Origin: Meyerozyma guilliermondii
Taxonomy: Eukaryota
Direction of reading: 5' to 3'
DNA length: 64,000 bases
Assembly (NCBI GenBank): GCA_051546255.1
Contig: CP128817.1
Location: forward strand, 682,001-746,000
The position numbers and the translations under genes are program-made. Shown here piece after piece: positions 1 through 8,080 of this stretch. How positions within the stretch are numbered: the first letter of the stretch is position 1; each line of letters begins with the position of its first letter. Under the pieces are notes generated by a model. That model worked only from the letters and a program-made list of their open reading frames with translations. It ran no database searches and was not told where the DNA came from.

Positions 1-1
1 T

Positions 2-394
2 GGGTATTGTCCCCGGGTTCACTGCCAGCTTCATCCGCTCCTTCCCGTGGGTCTCCATGACCTGCCTCGGGTGTCCAGTGTCAAATTGTACTGTAGCAAA
101 TGCGAGGACTTGTACAATCCCAAATCAGGCCGGCATTCGGTGATTGACGGTGCGTACTTTGGGTCTTCGTTTCCTGCTATGTTTCTTCAAAACTTTTCGC
201 AGGCCATTCCAACCCATTCGGCCGAAATGTATACTCCCAAGGTGTTCGGCTTCAAGTTGCATGAATACTCCAAGCTCAATCGCTGGAGAGAGTTACAACG
301 GTCGCATCTCGAGCGGCGATTAACGAGCAAAGGTATCGAGACCAAAAACGTAGTGGGGGGATTCACGCATAATGCACCGAAGGAGAATGAATAG
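2..394 (+). CDS. CKB2: Casein kinase II regulatory beta' subunit, 3' part (gene starts before the window)
   Basis: Frame open from base 2: GYCPRVHCQLHPLLPVGLHDLP...VKLYCSKCEDLYNPKSGRHSVIDGAYFGSSFPAMFLQ, the CK2-beta zinc finger (CPRxxC...LYCxxC) with CKB2-type VGLHD and IDGAYFG. Confidence 0.9.
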   Translation, partial: GYCPRVHCQLHPLLPVGLHDLPRVSSVKLYCSKCEDLYNPKSGRHSVIDGAYFGSSFPAMFLQNFSQAIPTHSAEMYTPKVFGFKLHEYSKLNRWRELQRSHLERRLTSKGIETKNVVGGFTHNAPKENE

Positions 395-447
395 GAGAAC
401 GTGAATACGGAGAAAGTGAATACAGGAGAAATGACTGAATACAAGAA
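382..447 (+). repeat. Imperfect tandem repeat GGAGAA(n)GTGAATA(C), about 4 copies, spanning the CKB2 stop codon
   Basis: ggagaatgaata ggagaacgtgaatac ggagaaagtgaataca ggagaaatgactgaataca read directly. Confidence 0.7.
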
Positions 448-547
448 CACAGGAGGAACATTAAGATGTAGCTGATTTGATCTAATCAACTTAAATTGTA
501 GTCTCGATTTTCCTGCATCTCATTCTGGATTCTTTTTATGAATACCA

Positions 548-1654
548 ATGGTTACTTACCAACGATTTTCATGTTTTCGAAGAGCATTGTCTAGTTCAGT
601 AGCGAGCGACGTGACGGTTCCGCCCAACTCTACAGTATTTTCACTCATCCAGCCTACAGGCCGAATCCATTTGGGTAATTACTTGGGTGCTATCAAAAAC
701 TGGAAAACTCTCACCAACTCACCTTCGTCAAATTCTCGATATATTTTCGGTGTGGCCGATCTTCATGCTTTAACTGGTCTCAAGGACGCCAAGCTACTCC
801 GCCAGTACAGATATGAGGCAATTGCAAGCATAATGGCCGGAGGACTCGACCCTGAAAAATGCATCTTGTATCACCAGTCATCGGTCAAACAACATACCGA
901 GCTTGCGTGGATCCTTATGTGCCAAGCGAGTATAGGTGGACTTCATCGTATGACTCAGTGGAAACTGAAAGCTCAAAGTCAGGCCGGGAGTCTGGTTTTT
1001 GACGATAAAGTGGTGACCAACTCCAGTGCTGGATTTTTCACTTATCCGGTACTTCAAGCCGCCGACATTCTTCTCTACAAATCCACCCATGTACCTGTTG
1101 GAGAGGACCAGACACAGCATCTTGAATTGTGTCGTAACTTGGCTGGCTCGTTTAACCATTCGTTTAAAAGTGACGTCTTTCCAATGCCACAAACGCTAGT
1201 CACCCCCACAAAAAAAGTCCTCTCGCTTCGGGACCCGCTGAAAAAAATGTCCAAGTCCGACGCTGACCAACATTCATGCGTGTATGTCACCGATGAACCC
1301 GATATCATTGCCAAAAAAATCCGTAGAGCTGCCACAGACTCGATTCAAGGTATCAGTTTTGATCCTGTAAACAGGCCTGGAGTATCCAACTTGATTACGG
1401 TGGTTTCTGGACTTTTGAACAAGTCTATTGAAGATACGCTAAAAGCAATGAGTTCCGTCAAAGATCACAAACAATTGAAGGATTTTGTTACAGAGGTGAT
1501 AGTAGAGGAGTTTAGTGAGAAGAGAAGACTATACGATGAGCTCATGAAAAATCGCGACCATTTGGAAAAAGTGTGCAAGAATGGCACCAATAGAGCAAAC
1601 GAAATAGCCGAGCGGAACATGAAGGAGATTCGAAGGTGCGTGGGGTTGGATTAA
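548..1654 (+). CDS. MSW1: Mitochondrial tryptophanyl-tRNA synthetase
   Basis: HIGH-type QPTGRIHLGNYLG, YPVLQAADILLY, VPVGEDQ and KMSKS motifs; Arg/Ser-rich N-terminal presequence. Confidence 0.95.
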   Translation: MVTYQRFSCFRRALSSSVASDVTVPPNSTVFSLIQPTGRIHLGNYLGAIKNWKTLTNSPSSNSRYIFGVADLHALTGLKDAKLLRQYRYEAIASIMAGGLDPEKCILYHQSSVKQHTELAWILMCQASIGGLHRMTQWKLKAQSQAGSLVFDDKVVTNSSAGFFTYPVLQAADILLYKSTHVPVGEDQTQHLELCRNLAGSFNHSFKSDVFPMPQTLVTPTKKVLSLRDPLKKMSKSDADQHSCVYVTDEPDIIAKKIRRAATDSIQGISFDPVNRPGVSNLITVVSGLLNKSIEDTLKAMSSVKDHKQLKDFVTEVIVEEFSEKRRLYDELMKNRDHLEKVCKNGTNRANEIAERNMKEIRRCVGLD

Positions 1655-1692
1655 AAATGGAGATTATACGATGAAGATGGGTGAAATGAAAA

Positions 1693-1728
1693 GATGAAAG
1701 GATGAAAGGATGAAAGGATGAAAGGATG
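1693..1728 (+). repeat. (GATGAAAG) x4.5 tandem repeat downstream of MSW1
   Basis: Perfect 8-bp unit read directly. Confidence 0.9.
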
Positions 1729-2037
1729 TCCATCGGTTGGTGATTGTCACAGAGATGATCAGTGTCAAGTCACTTACCTTGCCTATCGTAATTAGAATCA
1801 CTGTAAATAAATATGACTGTAAATAGATAATTTACGCACTGGTAAGTTATGTCATGTTTCATTTCCCCCATCGATGACTAAGCAGCGGCAAACAATATAT
1901 AAAGCCAGCGCCGTCTCCCCCATTTCCATTTCTCCCGCGAATTTCCCGTGAATTCCGCCCCCAACCACTCCCGCAATCTCGCAGCCATCCTGATTCCCAC
2001 ATTACTGTGCAACCGAAGGAAGTACTGCAGATAACAC

Positions 2038-2093
2038 ACGTCGCGCGACTCGCTCCGTACGCAGTCCTTCGCGTCGCGCTTCTCGTAAACAAA
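2038..2093. promoter_or_regulatory. Cluster of CGCG (MCB/SCB-like) elements and a Forkhead site upstream of the SPT21-like gene
   Basis: TCGCGCGA at 2041, TTCGCGT (ACGCGAA on minus) at 2068-2074, GTAAACAAA at 2085-2093; fits a G1/S-regulated histone-gene regulator. Confidence 0.55.
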
Positions 2094-2239
2094 CCAGTGT
2101 CTCATCTGGTAAGAACCGTGGCGTTTTATGAAATTGAAATTGTTTGGTTGTTTTCGTTCCATTTTACTCACAATTGTTTGACCCCTGGAAACAAAACTGT
2201 TTATCATTTGCATACCTTCATCTTTCATAAACCACAACC

Positions 2240-4369
2240 ATGGAACCTACTTACCAACGAATGCAAGTGAAGGTGTTGTATTCATTCAACGATAACCCAA
2301 CTGTTTTTCTCTCCCGATCACGACAACAGCATTCAGTCAAGGTGGTTCAGATTCCATCTGGGGAGAATGAAGACCAGATTTGCACGCTTGGAGCTTTTGA
2401 TCTTCGAAGCTGTGTAAACCAAATCACCAAAAGTTCGCCCGAAAACTTCAATCTTCAGGCTGAGGATTATGCTGTGTACTACAAGGATATCACCGAGCAA
2501 CCTGACGAGCCATTCGTTGGAAATGGAGTGCTTTCGTCGCTTATGGGCTCGGCCAAATCGCATGTGGTTCCCGGTAGAGTGTGCCAAAATCTCTCTGCCA
2601 GTTTTTTATTCGGCGACAAAAACTCGTCATCTTTGACCTTGGAAATCAGGCTCAAATTGCATACCATTGAAAAGCTGCAAGAAAATGCCCAGCTTGCCAA
2701 ACGCGAAAACTCGTTTGCAGAAATGAGTTCGTCGAAACGTACAAAAAAATCAAATCATCCGCCTCCTTCGTCATCCAACGTTCCCGCAGCAAAGGCTACC
2801 AGAACAAAATCTCTTCCCATATTTTATCACCCTCATAATCAGCAGATACACAACATTATAAATGCTGACAAGTCCAACGCACCTTCACGCTACGATAGCA
2901 AAAGTGTACAAGACCGGTTCAAACTGGCACCTTTCATGCAAGCAAAGATATTGGATGACCCCAATACCCTACGCAAGAGGAAGAGGGGAGGAGATGAACC
3001 ACAGCGTGCAATGCGTACTCGATCAATGTTAGCCAATACCAATGGTTTTAATACGACACCAGGAACTACCTCACCGATTCAAGAAGAAATGTATTCCGAC
3101 GAGACCGATGATACCGAGTATAACGACCGCACAAATGCCATTGAGGAGGGAGACGAAGAGGAGGAAGAAGAAGAAGAGGCATTTGATGAAAGATCTGATC
3201 ACTCTCCTTATACTCCTCAACAACCACCTTACAAGCCACTGAACGATCAATTTGAATCACTTCCCGATTTCGAAAGTCTTGGTAAAAAAACCCACACTAT
3301 TCCTCACTCTAAATTGCCCCACAACCATGGTCTCGTATGCATCAATGAAAACTGTTCCACTGTGAACTCAATAACCTGGAGGTACTTTGAACAGAAAAAC
3401 CATCCTCCATCTTTAGCCCTTTTGACGGCAGAAAGATTTGATAAATCTTTGTACAATGGGATGTTCGGACCGCTCTGTAACGCATGCTATTTGTTCTTGC
3501 GTACTAAAGGATTCATGAGACCTCCGGCTGTTGTGAAGAAGTACTTGCAGCAGCAAAGATACAAAAAGGAACAACGAGAAAATTCAAAGAGTCGGCTGGA
3601 CAGCATAAGCAGTGCCAAGGGTGAGTCATCTTCGTCGCCCTTCCCTCGGTTTGTGACCCCCTCACACACGCCGTCAATGATCAACCAGGTTATTCAGAAC
3701 AACAGGAACAAAGGAAAACCAGTTAACAACTCCAATTACGACTTGAATGAGTTTATGAACCAGCTCAATGCTTTTGGCGGGCCACTTACTGATATAGATC
3801 CGTTGCCGCAAGACCAAGGAATCACACCACCAATGATTGCAACCAAATCTAATACCAGGGTCATCAACTTGTACGACGACGAGGAAGATAAGGAAAATCA
3901 GCCACCAAGTGAGGATCAAGATGCGAGTCAGAACAGCGAGTTTGAACGACTCATCAAAAAGTCATTCAGTTCTGATAAACAGTCAAGTCCTAACAGCCAG
4001 TGGATCGATACCCTTTTTGCTCAACCCACGCCAAAAGATGGTGATAAACCAACACCTATAGATGGACCAAAAATGAGAACATTTACAATTCGCTCGTCTC
4101 CACACAAGGCAGGCAACATGCCATCATCTCCCTTGGTTAAAGAAAGTGCCTACGACCTCGACGAGGAACTTAATCAGCTTGTTTCCGACCACCAAGACTA
4201 CTTTGATGTTTCGTCGCCTGCAACCAAGGCTACCAGATCCAATACCACCATGTCGTGGAATCATGCATACCGAAAACAAGGCTCCACTCCAAATACTGAG
4301 CTCTACTCAGATGAAAAAGGTTCCATGGAGCCCATGGCAGAAGGTGTGTCGCACTCTAACTCAGCATAG
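2240..4369 (+). CDS. SPT21: Spt21/Ams2-family histone gene transcription regulator with an atypical GATA-like zinc finger
   Basis: N-terminal MQVKVLYSF...FLSRS...DYAVYYKDITEQPDEPFVGNG (Ams2/Spt21 N-domain), ATRTKSLP motif, CxxxxC...TWR...LCNAC finger, KEN box (DKENQPP). Confidence 0.75.
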   Translation: MEPTYQRMQVKVLYSFNDNPTVFLSRSRQQHSVKVVQIPSGENEDQICTLGAFDLRSCVNQITKSSPENFNLQAEDYAVYYKDITEQPDEPFVGNGVLSSLMGSAKSHVVPGRVCQNLSASFLFGDKNSSSLTLEIRLKLHTIEKLQENAQLAKRENSFAEMSSSKRTKKSNHPPPSSSNVPAAKATRTKSLPIFYHPHNQQIHNIINADKSNAPSRYDSKSVQDRFKLAPFMQAKILDDPNTLRKRKRGGDEPQRAMRTRSMLANTNGFNTTPGTTSPIQEEMYSDETDDTEYNDRTNAIEEGDEEEEEEEEAFDERSDHSPYTPQQPPYKPLNDQFESLPDFESLGKKTHTIPHSKLPHNHGLVCINENCSTVNSITWRYFEQKNHPPSLALLTAERFDKSLYNGMFGPLCNACYLFLRTKGFMRPPAVVKKYLQQQRYKKEQRENSKSRLDSISSAKGESSSSPFPRFVTPSHTPSMINQVIQNNRNKGKPVNNSNYDLNEFMNQLNAFGGPLTDIDPLPQDQGITPPMIATKSNTRVINLYDDEEDKENQPPSEDQDASQNSEFERLIKKSFSSDKQSSPNSQWIDTLFAQPTPKDGDKPTPIDGPKMRTFTIRSSPHKAGNMPSSPLVKESAYDLDEELNQLVSDHQDYFDVSSPATKATRSNTTMSWNHAYRKQGSTPNTELYSDEKGSMEPMAEGVSHSNSA

Positions 4370-4465
4370 ATCACTGTATAATATTAATGCATACCACTAA
4401 TTTTCGGGTAAGAAGGTTAGGGTCAGGGGATAGGTGCTATAACACAGACAATGTGTAATACGCTG

Positions 4466-4492
4466 CCTATACTGAACCTATACTGAACCTAT
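4466..4492 (+). repeat. (CCTATACTGAA) x2.5 tandem repeat
   Basis: 11-bp unit read directly in the SPT21-PNP1 intergenic region. Confidence 0.8.
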
Positions 4493-4603
4493 TCCAATTA
4501 TCATAAACCTGAAAAGTACACCCAAACATCAAAACGAAAGATACTGAACTCCGCGAATCGGTCAGATCACCAGTTGTATATAGCAGAGTGATATCTCGCG
4601 AAA

Positions 4604-6274
4604 ATGGAGGAAAACTATAAGGTTTCGGTTTGGAAAAAAAAAGTCTCAGTTTATCTCGAACTGCTTCCAACCATTGATTCAGGAGATGTTTTTGTTGTTA
4701 GCAAATGGCTCCAAGGCATCAACGCATTACTGGAAGTCAACCCTCACTTTAAAGAACTAGTTGTCGATGGAAAGAGCCCAGAAACCCTCAATCTCGATGA
4801 ATGGGGAATTCAAAAAGATGAATTAAAATATACCCAAATGGATATGGATTTCCATATTAGAGATATTCTTATGACCAAAACCATTCCAACGGAGTACGAC
4901 GACAACTGGAAGATTGGTCTACCAACCTGGAATACCACCCCTCATGAGGTTTACCTTTGGATCCTCGACGAAAACAAAAGAAGAACGAGGGACATGTTTG
5001 CGGAATACTTTAGCGCCTTGAAGCAAGCATTCGTCCTTCCTCGGGATGAAACGAAAGACGCTCAGGATACAATTCGTCTTTTCAATCACATCGAACGCTT
5101 CGTGAACGAAAACTACCGACTGGAAGTTACTGCTCTTCGTATGAAAGTCAAGAACCACATTTTGAAATTCAAGTTCGATAAACTTTTAGCACAAGAATAC
5201 CAAAAGAAATTGGATGGACAAGATATCATGACCAGCCATGATCTCATTGATGAGGTTGAACATTGGCGAGAATATTTGACCGAAGTTGCTGCGCTGAAAC
5301 GCAAGAAAACTCGTTCGAAAAAGAAGAGAAAGGAAAAAGCCACCAAGCAACTTGCGAACAACTTCGCCAACCTCTCCGTGTCTACTGATCCACAACAAAT
5401 ATACAAACTCCTTGATGCGGCACAGTCCAGTGTCAGGGCCCATATAGGCTCAATTGCACCTCGGGTGATGATAATCTGTGGCTCAGGCTTGGGAGGCATC
5501 GCAGATTTGGTGCACAAATCAATTGAGATTTCCTATGACAAAATTCCAGGATTCAAGACTTCAACTGTTCCGGGACATGCTGGTAAGTTGCTCTTTGGTT
5601 ATATTGGCCGGAAAAAGGTGCCTGTCATGTGTATGGTTGGTCGTCTTCATTTTTACGAAGGGTACAATTTTTCAGAGACGACATTTCCAATTCGTTTAGC
5701 AAAGCGTCTTGGGGTTTCCTCAGTAATAGTTACTAATGCTGCTGGAGGCATGAACGAGAAGTACCGTCCTGGAGACCTAATGGTGATCAACGACCATATA
5801 AATCTTCCTGGACTTGGTGGATATCATCCGTTAAGAGGACCCAATTTGGAAGAATTTGGACCCCGGTTTCAACCACTTTCGGATGCCTACGACTTGGAAT
5901 TGCGTCGCCAGTTCCTCACCATTGCCAAAAAGACGCTTAAACTCGACCGAAACATATACGAAGGAACGTACGTGTTTGCAGCTGGACCCACATTTGAAAC
6001 CAGAGCTGAGGTGCGAATGATTCGTTCCATTGGAGGAGACGCCGTAGGAATGTCAACCGTTCCAGAAGTCATAGTAGCACGTCATAGTGGCATGCGTGTG
6101 CTTGCGGTGTCATTGATAACCAATGCTGGAGTTGGAGCCAAACCAGCAAGTGCCCTTGAGGAACAACCACCTCTTGATGAAGGTATGGCCAGTCATGATG
6201 AAGTGCTTGAAGCTGCCAACGAAGCATCGAAGGATGTGCAGGCGATAGTTGAGGAAGTGGTTGATGGAATGTAG
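4604..6274 (+). CDS. PNP1: Purine nucleoside phosphorylase (aa ~262-556) fused in frame to a ~260-aa Gag-like N-terminal domain
   Basis: C-terminal half has trimeric PNP motifs IICGSGLGG, STVPGHAG, GRLHFYEG, VTNAAGG, GPTFETRAE, GMSTVPE; convergent with SEC13 as PNP1/SEC13 are in S. cerevisiae. Continuous 556-codon ORF with strong ATG context (gaaaATGg). Confidence 0.9.
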   Translation: MEENYKVSVWKKKVSVYLELLPTIDSGDVFVVSKWLQGINALLEVNPHFKELVVDGKSPETLNLDEWGIQKDELKYTQMDMDFHIRDILMTKTIPTEYDDNWKIGLPTWNTTPHEVYLWILDENKRRTRDMFAEYFSALKQAFVLPRDETKDAQDTIRLFNHIERFVNENYRLEVTALRMKVKNHILKFKFDKLLAQEYQKKLDGQDIMTSHDLIDEVEHWREYLTEVAALKRKKTRSKKKRKEKATKQLANNFANLSVSTDPQQIYKLLDAAQSSVRAHIGSIAPRVMIICGSGLGGIADLVHKSIEISYDKIPGFKTSTVPGHAGKLLFGYIGRKKVPVMCMVGRLHFYEGYNFSETTFPIRLAKRLGVSSVIVTNAAGGMNEKYRPGDLMVINDHINLPGLGGYHPLRGPNLEEFGPRFQPLSDAYDLELRRQFLTIAKKTLKLDRNIYEGTYVFAAGPTFETRAEVRMIRSIGGDAVGMSTVPEVIVARHSGMRVLAVSLITNAGVGAKPASALEEQPPLDEGMASHDEVLEAANEASKDVQAIVEEVVDGM

Positions 6275-6391
6275 TGTTTTAAATGTTGTTACAGCTAGAG
6301 GTAGTACTAAAATATAATGTACTGATAATGGCTCAATTATAGATGTCTAGACTAATATTGCCGTAGTTCGCTTAGCTGCAAAGCTAAGCGT

Positions 6392-7264
6392 CTACTGGTC
6401 GACTTCTCCGGCACTTTCCCACTTTCCTTGCAAATTTTCCTTCCACAAACTCACCTTGTTGTCTCCACCAGATACCGCCAAGATATTGCCTGAGAAGCTC
6501 CACGAGCATCTCCAGCACACATCTGGAAACAACTCCTCCGTCAACTTTTGCTTCTGCCACTTTCCCTCTCCATCTTGGTGCCAGATCAACACAGTACGAT
6601 CTTGAGATGCCGTAGCAATGTACAGACGTACCAACGCAGATGGCGACCAGCACACATCCCTCACCCAGTCGGTGTGTCCCTCGAGCTTCGCCTCTTCTAC
6701 ATATGTGCTTTTGGAAGCATCAAGCAGCCAAACTTTGGCCAAATTGTCGGATCCTCCCGTGACAAACCGGCGCACCGGTGACTTTGTGTCTACTGGAGCC
6801 CACGAAGCAGAATTGACACCAATTTTGTGAGCCTCGAATATTATATGGGTCAGAGTGCCGTCATCGTTGAAATCCACCACCGATACTCGTCCATCTGACG
6901 AAGTACACAACAAAACCGCACCCAATTCATGAGGAGCCCAACTGACCGAATTGACACTTGCTTGGTGAACTTTGTGTTCAGAAATAATTGACCACAGTCT
7001 ATCAGGCAGCTCTTTCCACACCAAAACCTTACCATCGTACGAGCAGGACGCCAAAATGGACCCAAATTTGGGATGAGCCCATGCAACCTGCCAAACAGGT
7101 CCTTCATGACCCACCAACGTTTCTGTTAATTGGTAGTTTTCCGTGCCTTCAACCTCGAAAATCTTGATTGTTTTGTCACTCAGGCACGTAGCAAGACGCT
7201 TTCCATAGTAGTCAAGCACGGCATCGTGGATGAGCTCGTCGTGGGCGTTGGCTATAGTAACCAT
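6392..7264 (-). CDS. SEC13: COPII/nucleoporin WD40 protein Sec13
   Basis: [27 protein letters not shown](S)[39 protein letters not shown] at 7264 rather than the ORF-track start at 7333. Confidence 0.97.
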   Translation of the reverse strand: MVTIANAHDELIHDAVLDYYGKRLATCLSDKTIKIFEVEGTENYQLTETLVGHEGPVWQVAWAHPKFGSILASCSYDGKVLVWKELPDRLWSIISEHKVHQASVNSVSWAPHELGAVLLCTSSDGRVSVVDFNDDGTLTHIIFEAHKIGVNSASWAPVDTKSPVRRFVTGGSDNLAKVWLLDASKSTYVEEAKLEGHTDWVRDVCWSPSALVRLYIATASQDRTVLIWHQDGEGKWQKQKLTEELFPDVCWRCSWSFSGNILAVSGGDNKVSLWKENLQGKWESAGEVDQ

Positions 7265-7351
7265 TGCGTGTCTAAAGTCGCGAACAACGAACTTTTTGGA
7301 TTTGGATGCGAAAATCAGCGGTGCGAAAATCACGGAGAGAGGAACAAACAG

Positions 7352-7386
7352 TATACACTTCTATACACTTTTCCTTCTATACACTT
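7352..7386 (+). repeat. TATACACTT x3 in the SEC13/FAR3 divergent promoter
   Basis: Copies at 7352, 7362 and 7378. Confidence 0.7.
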
Positions 7387-7408
7387 CTTTATTTTCTCTC
7401 ACGGTTCC

Positions 7409-8077
7409 ATGGACCCCCCTGTACTCCAAACTATCAACGACTTGGCCCAGGTTTCTCGAGATCAAGCTGAAGTATCCTCCACAGTGATCAATGCACTTGA
7501 AAAGATTGTCAAAGAATTGAGTGAAGTCCCAGATCCAATAGAGAACAATTCTACCGAAGCTGATGCTGAATCTTCTAAAGCTAAATCTTCTAAAGCTGAA
7601 TCTTCCATAGCTGAACCTTCCAACCTTACGTCGCTGGTCGACAGTTCTAACGGTGTCCACAATTCCACGGAAGTTTTGATCGCAGCTCTTGAACGAGAAA
7701 GACTAGAAATACTATCTGATATCCAAAAACACGAGTATATCGGAAACCAATTGCGAGATATTTTGGTCCCAAATCAAAAATTGGTGGCAGATGTAAAGCA
7801 TTATTTGGCCCGGCGCCATCAGATCCACGCTAACGATGTAGAGACAAATAACAACCGGTTGGTACATTATGAAACGGCGGTAGTAAAACCAACAATTGAA
7901 AAACTCGATAACTGTACCGACGATTTGCATAAGGGAATTACAATGTATAAAGATACCGTTCAAATGTCTTTGGGTGTTGCGGCGTCAACCTCCGATACGC
8001 TTACTTCCTTACAATTCAAACGGCAATTAAATGCGTTGATCGATGTCCTAAATAATCTAGCTGAAACTGCAAGCTAA
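7409..8077 (+). CDS. FAR3: Coiled-coil protein, probable Far3 (FAR/STRIPAK complex)
   Basis: First ATG at 7409 (MDPPVLQTINDL), heptad-rich helices (LIAALERERLEILSDIQKHEY); the assignment relies mainly on convergent adjacency to STB2 as recalled for S. cerevisiae FAR3/STB2. Confidence 0.5.
   Translation: MDPPVLQTINDLAQVSRDQAEVSSTVINALEKIVKELSEVPDPIENNSTEADAESSKAKSSKAESSIAEPSNLTSLVDSSNGVHNSTEVLIAALERERLEILSDIQKHEYIGNQLRDILVPNQKLVADVKHYLARRHQIHANDVETNNNRLVHYETAVVKPTIEKLDNCTDDLHKGITMYKDTVQMSLGVAASTSDTLTSLQFKRQLNALIDVLNNLAETAS
7565..7624 (+). repeat. Coding 15-bp tandem repeat x4 (AESSK-like units)
   Basis: gctgaatcttctaaa gctaaatcttctaaa gctgaatcttccata gctgaaccttccaac. Confidence 0.85.
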
Positions 8078-8080
8078 ACG

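Noticed and set aside
1771..1782. ACTTACCT resembling the U1 snRNA 5' end
   Set aside because: Not preceded by AT, and no U1 stem-loops or Sm site are evident downstream.
4414..4428. GGTTAGGGTCAGGGG telomere-like sequence
   Set aside because: Single TTAGGG, not an array; at most a Tbf1-type site.
4370..4603. LTR or primer-binding site upstream of the Gag-like domain
   Set aside because: Only 234 bp; no TG...CA repeat matching sequence downstream of PNP1 and no recognisable tRNA-complementary PBS, so no intact element is called.
5139..5430. Intron removing part of the PNP N-terminal extension (GTATGA...TACTGAT...CAG)
   Set aside because: Donor and branch motifs are both non-consensus, unlike the two good introns in the window, and the frame is open without splicing.
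5387..6274. PNP domain as an NLR/HET-type PNP_UDP immune effector
   Set aside because: Motifs are those of the trimeric housekeeping PNP, it is syntenic with SEC13, and no NACHT/NB-ARC or repeat domain is present.
7130..7408. 5' extensions in the ORF track (e.g. 7130, 7333, 11446, 19698, 35999, 50125)
   Set aside because: They begin at near-cognate codons or overlap neighbouring genes; homology or targeting signals begin at downstream ATGs.
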